Assembly: GCA_041695085.1 (NCBI GenBank)
Contig: JBGFRO010000041.1
Location: 78,245 to 142,244 of the forward strand
Source: Bacteroidota bacterium
GTDB lineage: Bacteria; Bacteroidota; Ignavibacteria; UBA10030
Length of the DNA stretch: 64,000 bases
Direction of reading: 5' to 3'
Each line of letters starts with the position of its first letter. Positions within the stretch are counted from its first letter, which is position 1. The notes under the pieces were generated by a model. That model did no database searches and had not been told where the DNA came from. It worked only from the letters and a program-made list of their open reading frames with translations. Below, in pieces: positions 53,454 through 63,351 of the stretch. Made by a program: the position numbers and the translations under genes.

Positions 53454-54113
53454 ATGAAACACATCGCTCGAATAGCACTGCCTGGCCTGGTCTCCGTTTC
53501 TTTGATCTACGGCCAGTCGCCCACCTCCCAGCATCCGTTCGAAGGAATTATCGAATTCAAGATGCAAGATTTGATGGAGGTCGTGATATTCGATCTCTTT
53601 GTGAAAGGTGACAGAATGATGATGCAGTCGCATGCAAGAAATGACGCAAGACCGACCTTCATCTGGGACTTCGGCGGGGGAAAGTTGATTACGTTTGTGA
53701 CTGCAACGGAAAAATACCTCGAGAGACCGTATACTCCCTCCGCTCCCACCGTCACGGAGGAGATGCCAGACATCAAAGCAACAGAGGAACGAGAGACGAT
53801 CGCAGGGCTTCCTTCGGATCTGTTCATCGTACGATCGGACGAAGCCGAAATAGAAGTATGGGCGACCAAAACGTTAGGTGCGCTTGCCAGTATCGGGAAT
53901 CCGAATCGACCCACAAAAAACCTGACGTGGCAGCAACACTTGCGCCAGCAAGGCTACACCATCACGCGCATGGTGTGGAAAGACGCCAGCGGTTACGAGA
54001 CGGGCCGTTGGGAAATTCTTAAGGTAACGCGCAGGGCGGTTCCCGAGTCGGTGTTCCGCATCCCGCGTGGTTTTCAAAAGGTAGAGAATGAACAAGAGCT
54101 CTTTCGTCGTTAA
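53454..54113 (+). CDS. Secreted DUF4412-like protein
   Basis: Signal peptide, FEG.I.F, T.ERETIAG.......EIEVWATK.LG, VPESVFRIPRGFQ. Confidence 0.65.
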   Translation: MKHIARIALPGLVSVSLIYGQSPTSQHPFEGIIEFKMQDLMEVVIFDLFVKGDRMMMQSHARNDARPTFIWDFGGGKLITFVTATEKYLERPYTPSAPTVTEEMPDIKATEERETIAGLPSDLFIVRSDEAEIEVWATKTLGALASIGNPNRPTKNLTWQQHLRQQGYTITRMVWKDASGYETGRWEILKVTRRAVPESVFRIPRGFQKVENEQELFRR

Positions 54114-54126
54114 AGGAGAAAGAACG

Positions 54127-54843
54127 ATGCACACTCGCAATTCGAACAGACAGATCGAACGATGGAGCGCCATGGCGGCCCTCCTTTTCTTCGCCACGAT
54201 CTCCGCCCTTTCACAACCACGGGTGTCGGTGGAAAAGTCAACGATCGACCTTGGTGTCATATACAACGGGCAGACACGTAAAGCCAGCATTGTCTTGAAA
54301 AATACCGGCAAAGTCGTTCTGAAGGTGTTGGACATCCAGACCTCGTGCGGGTGTACAGCGGTGAAACATCCGAAGAATGAGCTCAAACCGGGTGAATCCG
54401 ACCATCTCGAAGTTGAGTTCAATTCCACCGGCTTTCGAGGCAAGGTATCCAAGACGGTGACCATTCAAACAAATGATCCAGCTCATCCCGCCGTGACTGT
54501 GACACTGCTCACAGATGTGATCGAGGAACTGGTTCCCATCAACAACTCGTCGGCCGTCTGGTTAGGCAGTCTGCCCGTCGGAAAAGAAGTGGAACATAAG
54601 GTCGGTTTCAAAAACGTCTCGGCTCAAGTAGTGACCCTGAAAGGATATACATCATCTACGCCGAACGTGTCGGTGAAATTCGAAAGTAAAGCGGTCAAGC
54701 CGGCGGACACAATCTACGTTGTGGTGAAGGTAAAGCCGGAGAAGGCTGATTTCCAGAACGAACAGATCATGATCCAAACGGACAGCAAGAAGCAATCTCT
54801 CGTCCCGATGCGCGTCACATTCATTGGAATGAAGTCCAGCTGA
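54127..54843 (+). CDS. DUF1573-domain Ig-like secreted protein
   Basis: SD AAGGAG; signal peptide; KNTG...L....IQTSCGCT...LKPGES..LEV.FNS...GKVSKTVTIQTNDP. Confidence 0.85.
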   Translation: MHTRNSNRQIERWSAMAALLFFATISALSQPRVSVEKSTIDLGVIYNGQTRKASIVLKNTGKVVLKVLDIQTSCGCTAVKHPKNELKPGESDHLEVEFNSTGFRGKVSKTVTIQTNDPAHPAVTVTLLTDVIEELVPINNSSAVWLGSLPVGKEVEHKVGFKNVSAQVVTLKGYTSSTPNVSVKFESKAVKPADTIYVVVKVKPEKADFQNEQIMIQTDSKKQSLVPMRVTFIGMKSS

Positions 54844-54845
54844 CC

Positions 54846-55325
54846 ATGCGTGAAGCCATCCGAGAAGCGGGAATCCTTTTCCTCATAGCCACTCTTCTAG
54901 GTTTGGCGTACACGGCTGTAACCGGTAAGGGACTCTTCGCAGACCGCACCTTTCCTGCTTCGCCAACAGGCAATTCCCTCCCCCGTACTGTTGCTCCCTC
55001 CATGATCCATCTTCAGGAAGCTCAACGCCTTTTCGAGACGGGATCGGCGCTCTTTCTCGACTCACGCAATGCGTACGACTATGACCGGGGCCACATCAAA
55101 GGGGCAATGAACATTCCGCTCAAAGAGTGGGAGAACGCAAAACATCGGCTCGAAAGCCTATCGAAAGATCATCCTTTTGTGGTCTATTGTGATGGTGCGG
55201 AATGTAATTCGAGCATCGAACTGGCAGCAAAGCTCTATGCTGCCGGATTCACCAACGTGAAGATCTTCTTCGGTGGATGGCGTGAGTGGGAGGGAAGTGG
55301 CCTTCCGACAAATAAATCTGATTAG
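54846..55325 (+). CDS. Membrane-anchored rhodanese-like domain protein
   Basis: N-terminal TM, LDSR...YDRGHIKGAMNIP, VVYCDGAECNSS, FFGGWREW. Confidence 0.9.
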   Translation: MREAIREAGILFLIATLLGLAYTAVTGKGLFADRTFPASPTGNSLPRTVAPSMIHLQEAQRLFETGSALFLDSRNAYDYDRGHIKGAMNIPLKEWENAKHRLESLSKDHPFVVYCDGAECNSSIELAAKLYAAGFTNVKIFFGGWREWEGSGLPTNKSD

Positions 55326-55360
55326 ATGATCCGAACATCTCTTTGTTTACAACAAACATT

Positions 55361-55837
55361 ATGAAAGTACTCCTTCAAAACGATCATTTGTCGCTCCTTG
55401 CGCGAGCGTTTGTTGGAGGATTATTTGTTGTCATCAGCATTGACAAGATCGCTGATCCCGCGAGCTTTGCAACTTCAATCGGTAATTATCGGCTCCTGCC
55501 ACAATGGAGCCTTGAGGTCATTGCAACAATCCTTCCATGGCTTGAACTCCTTTGCGGACTTTCGCTCTTGGCGGGACTCTTCGTACGAGGAAGCGCTCTC
55601 CTGCTTACCGGCATGCTCTTCATCTTCACCGTTGCCATTGTGACTGCCCTTCTGCGCGGGCTCGACATCACGTGTGGATGTTTCACACAAGACCCCTCCG
55701 CGGAGAAGATTGGTTGGATGAAAGTTGCTGAAAATGTCTCTCTCTTTCTGTTGATCCTGTTTGTGTTCCTCGCGAAAAATGCGAGATTTACTGTTGTATC
55801 GTATCTTCAACATACCGCAGGGGGACGCCCGAGCTAA
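55361..55837 (+). CDS. MauE/DoxX-family redox-associated membrane protein
   Basis: DKIADP..FA.SI.NYRLLP, LPWLELLCG, RGLDITCGCF. Confidence 0.88.
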   Translation: MKVLLQNDHLSLLARAFVGGLFVVISIDKIADPASFATSIGNYRLLPQWSLEVIATILPWLELLCGLSLLAGLFVRGSALLLTGMLFIFTVAIVTALLRGLDITCGCFTQDPSAEKIGWMKVAENVSLFLLILFVFLAKNARFTVVSYLQHTAGGRPS

Positions 55838-55897
55838 CTACGAAATGCCGCTGGAGTCCGCTCGGTCTTCTCCTTTCACCACGTTCTTTTAATCACC

Positions 55898-57112
55898 ATG
55901 TCAACACGTACTGAAGCTGTCATCGTCGACGCTCTCCGTACCCCCATCGGCAAATATGGTGGCGTGCTCAAAGACGTTCGCCCCGACGATCTCAGTGCCT
56001 TCGTTCTCAAAGCGCTCGTCGAACGAAACAAGCTCGATCCCGAAGAAGTAGATGACGTTCTCTGGGGATGCGCCAATCAAGCCGGAGAAGACAACAGAAA
56101 CGTAGGTCGGATGGCAACGATCCTGGCCGGATTTCCTTTTTCCGTTCCAGCAGCCACAGTGAACAGGCTCTGTGGATCAAGTCTGGAGGCGATCAATCAA
56201 GCTGCTCGCGCCATATGGGCAGGGGAATACGAACTCATTCTTGCGGGGGGTGTAGAAAGCATGACGCGCGCCCCCTATGCGATCCCGAAGAATGTCTCCG
56301 GCCAGGCTCTCTATGGCAATCTCACGGCGTATGACACGGCTCTCGGTTGGCGCTTTCCGAACCCGGCGATGGAGAAGATCATTCCTCTCGAATCGATGGG
56401 GGAGACAGCAGAAAACGTAGCGACGTTGTACTCCATCAGCCGCGAAGAGCAAGATCTCTTCGCGCTGCGCAGTCATCAACTCGCCGTTCAGGCCCAACAA
56501 GAAGGAAGGTGGAATGATGAAATACTTCCGGTCGAAGTGCCTCAAAAAAGGGGGGAACCGATTCTTGTGCGACACGATGAAGGACCGCGACCCGATACAT
56601 CGTTTGAAAAGCTCTCGAAACTTCCTCCCGCGTTTCGGCAGGGAGGGAGCGTTACCGCCGGCAATTCCTCGTCTCTCAACGACGGCGCAGCGGGAATCAT
56701 ACTCATGTCCGAGCCTCGCGCAAAGGCACTGAACCTCACTCCGTTGGCGCGAGTCGTCTCAACAGGAATTGCGGGGGTCGATCCCCGGTGCATGGGGATC
56801 GGTCCTGTTCCGGCAACCGAAATGGCGCTCAAGCGCGCAGGTCTTCAAATGACTCAAATCGATCTGATGGAGTTGAATGAGGCATTCGCAGCACAGTCGC
56901 TCGCCTGTATTCGGGAGTTGGGCGTCGATCCCGACCTTGTGAATGTCAACGGCGGCGCGATCGCGCTTGGCCATCCTCTCGGTTGCAGCGGTGCACGCAT
57001 CCTTACGTCGCTCGTTTATGAAATGAAACGACGCAAGTCCCGCTACGGAATAGCGACAATGTGTATTGGTGTGGGCCAGGGAATCACAACGCTCATCGAG
57101 GGGATATCGTAA
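55898..57112 (+). CDS. paaJ: Thiolase, 3-oxoadipyl-CoA/PaaJ-PcaF type
   Basis: [53 protein letters not shown]. Confidence 0.88.
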   Translation: MSTRTEAVIVDALRTPIGKYGGVLKDVRPDDLSAFVLKALVERNKLDPEEVDDVLWGCANQAGEDNRNVGRMATILAGFPFSVPAATVNRLCGSSLEAINQAARAIWAGEYELILAGGVESMTRAPYAIPKNVSGQALYGNLTAYDTALGWRFPNPAMEKIIPLESMGETAENVATLYSISREEQDLFALRSHQLAVQAQQEGRWNDEILPVEVPQKRGEPILVRHDEGPRPDTSFEKLSKLPPAFRQGGSVTAGNSSSLNDGAAGIILMSEPRAKALNLTPLARVVSTGIAGVDPRCMGIGPVPATEMALKRAGLQMTQIDLMELNEAFAAQSLACIRELGVDPDLVNVNGGAIALGHPLGCSGARILTSLVYEMKRRKSRYGIATMCIGVGQGITTLIEGIS

Positions 57113-57146
57113 ACTCTTTCCAATAGATTTTTAACGAAAACTTCAC

Positions 57147-57175
57147 TTGACTCTTGATCCCGTTTTTTCTACCAT
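57147..57175 (+). promoter_or_regulatory. sigma70-type promoter about 430 bp upstream of the giant secreted protein
   Basis: TTGACT-17 bp-TACCAT. Confidence 0.5.
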
Positions 57176-57604
57176 CGAAATGTCAGGAATGGGTGGATGA
57201 TCCATCCATGGTTACTGGCGTCTCAGAAACCCTGCCTTTTCCCGACGCGTCGTCACGACGTGCGCACCGCCTCATCGTAACCAGCACGCCGCGTTCCTTC
57301 TCGAAGGACAATCGTTGTCGCACGTATCTGTCCGTGATGGACGAACGATCCATTGCGGTCAGTAACTCACGAAGTTGATTCCCGCTTTATGCGCTGTCGT
57401 GTTCTCGTCAGGGGGGAGCTGGACGAGAGAACATGAGCTCCTCCGTTTGATCTCAACGCTTTCGCGGCCGTAAAGCATACTCCCTCTTGCGTTGCACGAC
57501 TCGCTTCCATCATCTACTGCGAGGAAAGGGAAGGCACTTTCATTTTGGAGTTATCCGAGCTTCAAGGTTTCTCTTTGCGATCTCCCTCAATCATGGAGGT
57601 TGTT

Positions 57605-60600
57605 ATGCGCTGCACGTACCGAGCCGTTTCACTCTTTGTCCTTTTGACCACATCCCTCTTTCTAACACCGGACGCACGGGCGGGTGACGTTTCCGGTGCA
57701 ATCACTTCCGACACGACGTGGACGCTGAGCGGAAGTCCGGTCGTCATACTTGATTCCGTGACGGTGACGCTCGGGAAAACGCTCACGATCGAACCCGGAG
57801 TTGTTGTGAGGTTCAACTCGGGTACGACACTTGTCATCGCGGGGAAACTTGTTGCGGCAGGAACAGCAACGAACCGGATTCGTTTCACCTCCTCTCTCAC
57901 TTCCCCGTTGCCGGGAAGTTGGCGCAACCTGACATTCCTTGGATCTGCCGACGTGAGCTCTGTAGTAGCATACTGCCTCTTCGAGTATGGGGGCAGCGGG
58001 ACAAATGGATCCACGATCTTTTACGCGACCGGAGCTCCCGCCATCCGCATCGCCCACACGACGGTTTGGTTGAGCGGCGGCCATGGCATCAACGTTCGGT
58101 CTTCCTCTCCCCGCATCTCCGCCTCTATCATCCGCTCCAACAACGGATACGGTATCTATAGTGACCTCGTCACATCGGTGATCATCGATTCTTCCATCAT
58201 CAACAGTAACGTCCATGGAGGGATCCGTATTCCCATCAATTCTTCACCGACCGTCACCTATTGTGATGTTGATTCCAACGGTATCGGTATCTTCATCGAC
58301 AACAGCTCCTCTCCAACGGTCCAACGGAATAACATTCGCAAGAACAACATCGGAATTCAGTTTGCTGGAGTCGGGACGACACAGCCGACGATTTCTCTCA
58401 ACACGATTACGGGCAACACGACGTGGGGATTCCTCAATACCAGTATATCCACCACCGTGCTGGCAAGAAACAACTACTGGGGAAGCGATCTCGGTCCGTA
58501 TCACCCCGGACTCAACCCGACAGGCCTTGGTGAGAAGGTCAGCAACAACGTCGACTTTCAACCGTGGACAATCCTTGCTCCTCCATTGCTGGTCACGCCA
58601 GTAACCACCATCTCCGGAAGTCCGGTCTGGGAAACCGGTGTCTTCTGGATTAAGAACAGCGTCAGCGTCGCACCTGGCCAAACACTTACGATACGTCCAG
58701 GGGTGATCGTAAAGTTTGCAATCAACGCCCGACTCACCGTCAGCGGTACCATTATCGCCAACGGGAAGGCGGACAGCCTCATCATCTTCACATCTGAGCG
58801 GGACGATCCGTATGGTGGGGATACGAATGGAGATGGCGGAACTACAATCCCCGCTCGCGGGAATTGGGATATGGTCTGGTTGTCTGGAGGAGGAAACGAC
58901 TCGAGTGTCTTGAAGCACTGTGTGTTCCGGTTCGGAGGATCTTCAGGTAATGGTAACGTCCGTGTAGACGGACGCACGCGGGCGATCTTCAACAGTACAT
59001 TCACTCAAAGCTCGAACTACGGTCTGTACCTCGCAGGTGGTGCCCACGACTCGATCGCACATTGCACATTTGGATCGAATAGTCTTGATGGAGTACTGAT
59101 TCAGAACTCAAGTCCGAGATTCTACAACGTCAAAGCAGTCGGGAACGGCCGCCATGGGATACTCGCTAATAGCGGCTCGATTTCCTTCAACGTTCGGAAA
59201 TCTGTGTTTACGGGGAACAGCCACGGCATCGTTGCGGATGCCGGCTCTTCAGGGGCGACCCTTGTCTCCCTAGATAGCTCGGACATCTCCAACAACGTTC
59301 ACAGTGGACTTTATCTGTGGTACGGGAAGGGGCCGCAATATTTCGGTCATAACCGGATTGCCAACAACGGCGGCGAGGGCTTGTGGTGTTACAACGTGGA
59401 TGGTCTTGTGACGATTGAGAACAATTCCATCATGAACAACGGCCGGGAAGGGATCATCACCTCGAAAGCAATCATCCGGAACAACGTCATCAATGGAAAT
59501 CGCTATCCGATTGCGCTGCAAGGACGTGTCAATTCGACCTACAGCAACAATACAATTACAGGCAACACATACAACAACGTGATGGCCCTGCGGATCAATC
59601 GGTGGGAGGAGAGCTTCTCGGACACACTCAAAGCGACCGTTCCGGCGGGAATGGTGCCGGGGAACTACGTTGTCATCGAGAACAATCCCGGATGGGGACT
59701 GGTGAGCGGCCAAACGTTGGTGATTCAGCCGGGTGTTGTCATCAAGATGGATCCAGGTATGTACCTCCGAATGGAGGGGACGCTCATTGCAAACGCAAGC
59801 GGGGGAAATCCGGTCGTCTTCACGTCTTACAGGGACGGAAGTTACGGCGGGAAAACGAATCTGGGGACGGACAACGCTCCCCCTTCCCCGGGAGATTGGC
59901 GGTACATCCGCATTCGAACAAGCTCTGCGAACAGTACGATTCTGAATAACGTCGTGTTGAAGTTCGGTGGGATGGACGGATGGGGCAATTTGTGGTTTGA
60001 TGCGACGATCACTCTTGGGACACCGGTGCGAAATGTCGTCAGCAGACGATCGAGCAATATCGGCATTCGTGTAGGAGACGGCGTGATGACATTTGAGAAT
60101 GCGACGATCGATAGCAATGGAACGCACGGGATGTATGTGGAGGGGAACCGTCCTTCCAACGTGGCAATTCGGAATAGTACGGTTCAGGATAATGGTACGG
60201 GTCAGGGTCTTCGGTGTGCCGATCAATCGGCCTTTTCCGAGGTCTTGAACTGTCTCATTCGAAGGAATGGGAGTTGGGGTATCGGCGTTGACAACGGTAC
60301 GATCCCTCAAACATATAGCGGCAACACCATTACGCATAATGGCGCAGGAGGAATCTGGAACAACAGTCCAACCCTCTCAGCAAACAGTCTTCTCATCATA
60401 GGCAACACCATCACTGATCATCCGAACGAGGGGGTACTGAGTACGCGCGCCCGTTTTATCGACAACCGGTTCGAACGCAATCGGTATCCTCTCGCCGTCT
60501 GGCGTGCACTCGGAAATATCTATACCGACAATAACGGCGTCGACGGCAACATCATCGCAAACAACGTCTACAACAATGCGATCGCCATCTGGGAGGGGGA

Positions 60601-63268
60601 AATTTTTGACACGTTGAAGGCCACGTTCCCGCAAGCCATCACCTCCCGCACGTACGTGGCGATTTATGACATTCAGGTGAACACGGGTAAAACGCTCGTA
60701 ATCGAACCGGGCGTTCGCATCAAGTTTCAACAGATTCCAACCAACAACTGGCAACGGTTCGATGTGCACGGAACGCTGATCTCCGAAGGAACGCAAGCCA
60801 ATCCGATCGTCTTCACCTCCTGGCGTGACAGCACTGCAGGAGGGAAGACAACGGCACCAAATGATTTCGTCCCCCCTGCGCCCGGCGATTGGGAGTTCAT
60901 TGCATTTCGAGACGGAAGCGAGAACTCAAGAGTGCGTTGGACGCACTTTAAGTTCGGGGGGAGGCACCACGATATGACTGTCTACATTTACCGGAACCAC
61001 GGTACGATGAAGTTCGCGAACAACCTCGTCAGGAGATCAAGCAGCGCGGGCATCGTGATCGACAACTCCCCCATCGTTATCGACAGTACGACGGTCGACA
61101 GTTGCGGCTCGTACGGAATCCGGCTCTACGACCGGGTAAGCGGCAACCTCACTCTTCGCCACAGCAGGATTGTGGCAAACGGATCGCATGGCATCCTAGC
61201 TCAAAATCAGGCTAATATCTCCACCATTTCCAATTGTGACATTTCCTTTAATAGAGCGAACGGTGCGGTGACGGAAAACAATACCCTTCCTCTTTCCGTC
61301 ATCAGCAATCGAATCAACAACAATGCGGAGCACGGGCTCTATTTGATTGCCCGCAATGATGCCCTCGACACGCTACTCATGATCGCCAACAACGCGATCC
61401 GAAACAATCAGTTGACGGGACTCTTCTCTTCGCGCGCGTACGTTGTGGAGGATTCCATCACCGGTAACAGGTACCCTATCGGGGTCGTGGGCCAAATCTC
61501 CCTTGCGAGCACCGGCACGGCGAACGGCAACGTGTATCAAGGCAATGTCATTACCGGCAATTTGTACAATGATATCCTGGTAACCGAGGAGTCTGTCTTT
61601 GGCCTTCTGGGTGCTTCCTTCCCGCCGGGATATACAAAGGTGGTTGCGGTGCGCGGCACATTGTTGGTGCCGGGCGGAACGACGCTGCGCATTGCACCCG
61701 GAACGATCATCAAGTTTCCTCGTGAGTACATCGGTGGGGTAGCCGGCGGCGATGGACGGTTCAGGGTCGACGGCATTCTTCTCTCCGAAGGCACGTCCAC
61801 CAACAAAATCGTCTTCACATCCTGGAGAGATGATTCGTTCGGAGGCGATTCGAATCGCGACACAACGGCTTCGGTTCCAGCGCCGGGCAACTGGGATATG
61901 ATGTACCTCAATGGATCCCAAAACAACTCTTCGAAGATCTTTCAAACAATCGTGCGCTACGGCGGGCTTTCCGGCAACGGCAATATTCGTTGGGATAACA
62001 ACACGGCGCCAATGGACTCAAGCTTCTCCTCATTCTCGAGCAACTATGGCCTCTACATGAACAACGCGTCACCTTCGATCACATCAAATGAAATTCACAA
62101 CAATCACACCGGCATTCTTTTGCAGGGCTCTTCCAATCCGACAATCTTCCGGAACAACATCCGAGATAATTCAACGTACGGTTTGAACAACAATACCAAC
62201 AATACGATTAACGCGGTCAATAACTACTGGGGCGCGTCAAGTGGACCTTTCGTGAATCAGGGAGCCGACCAGAATCTGACGGGGACAGGTAACCGCATCC
62301 TTCTCAATCCCGGAGCGGTGAGCTACCGTCCTTTCCTCACTTCACGTTCCGGCATCCTCCTCGGTGATGTCAGTGAAAATGGCACGATCAGCGCGTACGA
62401 TGCGGCGCTCATTCTCCAACATCTGGTCGGCATCATCGCGCTCGGCCCATCACAGCGTGCTGCAGCTGATGTGAGTGGAGATGGTTCAGTAAGCGCGTTT
62501 GATGCCTCGCTGATACTACGATACATGGTAGGCAGCATCACAGGATTCCCCGGAGCCGGCAAGCAGAGCATCGATCCCCTCATCGTCACAGCGTTCGATA
62601 TTCGCACGGATCGGCCTCGTGATGGAGAGATCGAGATCGCTCTCAACCTCCGAAAGAGCGTTCCCATCTATGCAACTGAAATGACCATTGCGTTCAAGAG
62701 CCGCTGGATGACACCGCTCCTCATTTCCAAGACCTCTCTTTCTGACGGCATGATACTTGAGTCGAAGATCGAGGACGATACCATTCGCATCGCGATGGCA
62801 GGCGCTGCTGCCATCACCGATGAAGGGGAGGTGCTTCGTATCGCCTTCCGGCTCTCCGAAGAAGGCAAAGCGAGAGGGTCGACTCCGTTTGATATCGTGA
62901 AACTCATCTTGAACGAAATGGACCTCACGCGGGAAATCAGACAAGCGGGAACCAATCCGGAACGGACCACTCCCACTACGTTCGCACTTGATCAGAACTT
63001 CCCCAATCCATTCAATCCCGTCACACGGATTTCATATCAGCTTCCCACAACGAGCAGCGTTCAACTGAAGATTTACGATTTGCTCGGACGTGAAGTGCGG
63101 ACGCTTGTGTTTGAAGAACAGAAGGCGGGGTTCTATACAGTTGCATGGGACGGGCGCTCACACTCAGGGGAGCCACTCGCCAGCGGAGTATATCTCTACC
63201 GTCTTGAAGCGATCAGCAAGGAGACATCGGCCTTTATCCAAACAAAGCGCATGCTTTTGTTGAAGTGA
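57605..63268 (+). CDS. Giant secreted right-handed beta-helix repeat protein with dockerin, cohesin-like and FlgD-Ig/T9SS C-terminal domains
   Basis: SD GGAGG and signal peptide. Five TL.I.PG...G.L...G....I.FTS...PG.W modules, each followed by Asn-rich beta-helix turns. Dockerin GDVSENGTISAYDAALIL...ADVSGDGSVSAFDASLIL. C-terminus QNFPNPFNP...KIYDLLGREVRTL...WDG...LASGVYLYRL...TKRMLLLK. Confidence 0.9.
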   Translation: MRCTYRAVSLFVLLTTSLFLTPDARAGDVSGAITSDTTWTLSGSPVVILDSVTVTLGKTLTIEPGVVVRFNSGTTLVIAGKLVAAGTATNRIRFTSSLTSPLPGSWRNLTFLGSADVSSVVAYCLFEYGGSGTNGSTIFYATGAPAIRIAHTTVWLSGGHGINVRSSSPRISASIIRSNNGYGIYSDLVTSVIIDSSIINSNVHGGIRIPINSSPTVTYCDVDSNGIGIFIDNSSSPTVQRNNIRKNNIGIQFAGVGTTQPTISLNTITGNTTWGFLNTSISTTVLARNNYWGSDLGPYHPGLNPTGLGEKVSNNVDFQPWTILAPPLLVTPVTTISGSPVWETGVFWIKNSVSVAPGQTLTIRPGVIVKFAINARLTVSGTIIANGKADSLIIFTSERDDPYGGDTNGDGGTTIPARGNWDMVWLSGGGNDSSVLKHCVFRFGGSSGNGNVRVDGRTRAIFNSTFTQSSNYGLYLAGGAHDSIAHCTFGSNSLDGVLIQNSSPRFYNVKAVGNGRHGILANSGSISFNVRKSVFTGNSHGIVADAGSSGATLVSLDSSDISNNVHSGLYLWYGKGPQYFGHNRIANNGGEGLWCYNVDGLVTIENNSIMNNGREGIITSKAIIRNNVINGNRYPIALQGRVNSTYSNNTITGNTYNNVMALRINRWEESFSDTLKATVPAGMVPGNYVVIENNPGWGLVSGQTLVIQPGVVIKMDPGMYLRMEGTLIANASGGNPVVFTSYRDGSYGGKTNLGTDNAPPSPGDWRYIRIRTSSANSTILNNVVLKFGGMDGWGNLWFDATITLGTPVRNVVSRRSSNIGIRVGDGVMTFENATIDSNGTHGMYVEGNRPSNVAIRNSTVQDNGTGQGLRCADQSAFSEVLNCLIRRNGSWGIGVDNGTIPQTYSGNTITHNGAGGIWNNSPTLSANSLLIIGNTITDHPNEGVLSTRARFIDNRFERNRYPLAVWRALGNIYTDNNGVDGNIIANNVYNNAIAIWEGEIFDTLKATFPQAITSRTYVAIYDIQVNTGKTLVIEPGVRIKFQQIPTNNWQRFDVHGTLISEGTQANPIVFTSWRDSTAGGKTTAPNDFVPPAPGDWEFIAFRDGSENSRVRWTHFKFGGRHHDMTVYIYRNHGTMKFANNLVRRSSSAGIVIDNSPIVIDSTTVDSCGSYGIRLYDRVSGNLTLRHSRIVANGSHGILAQNQANISTISNCDISFNRANGAVTENNTLPLSVISNRINNNAEHGLYLIARNDALDTLLMIANNAIRNNQLTGLFSSRAYVVEDSITGNRYPIGVVGQISLASTGTANGNVYQGNVITGNLYNDILVTEESVFGLLGASFPPGYTKVVAVRGTLLVPGGTTLRIAPGTIIKFPREYIGGVAGGDGRFRVDGILLSEGTSTNKIVFTSWRDDSFGGDSNRDTTASVPAPGNWDMMYLNGSQNNSSKIFQTIVRYGGLSGNGNIRWDNNTAPMDSSFSSFSSNYGLYMNNASPSITSNEIHNNHTGILLQGSSNPTIFRNNIRDNSTYGLNNNTNNTINAVNNYWGASSGPFVNQGADQNLTGTGNRILLNPGAVSYRPFLTSRSGILLGDVSENGTISAYDAALILQHLVGIIALGPSQRAAADVSGDGSVSAFDASLILRYMVGSITGFPGAGKQSIDPLIVTAFDIRTDRPRDGEIEIALNLRKSVPIYATEMTIAFKSRWMTPLLISKTSLSDGMILESKIEDDTIRIAMAGAAAITDEGEVLRIAFRLSEEGKARGSTPFDIVKLILNEMDLTREIRQAGTNPERTTPTTFALDQNFPNPFNPVTRISYQLPTTSSVQLKIYDLLGREVRTLVFEEQKAGFYTVAWDGRSHSGEPLASGVYLYRLEAISKETSAFIQTKRMLLLK

Positions 63269-63351
63269 GGGGGTAAAGGAAGCATCACGACATGCTCACA
63301 ATCCTTCACAAAGCGATGGGTTCCCCTCCCCACATCTTCAACTCTGAGAAG

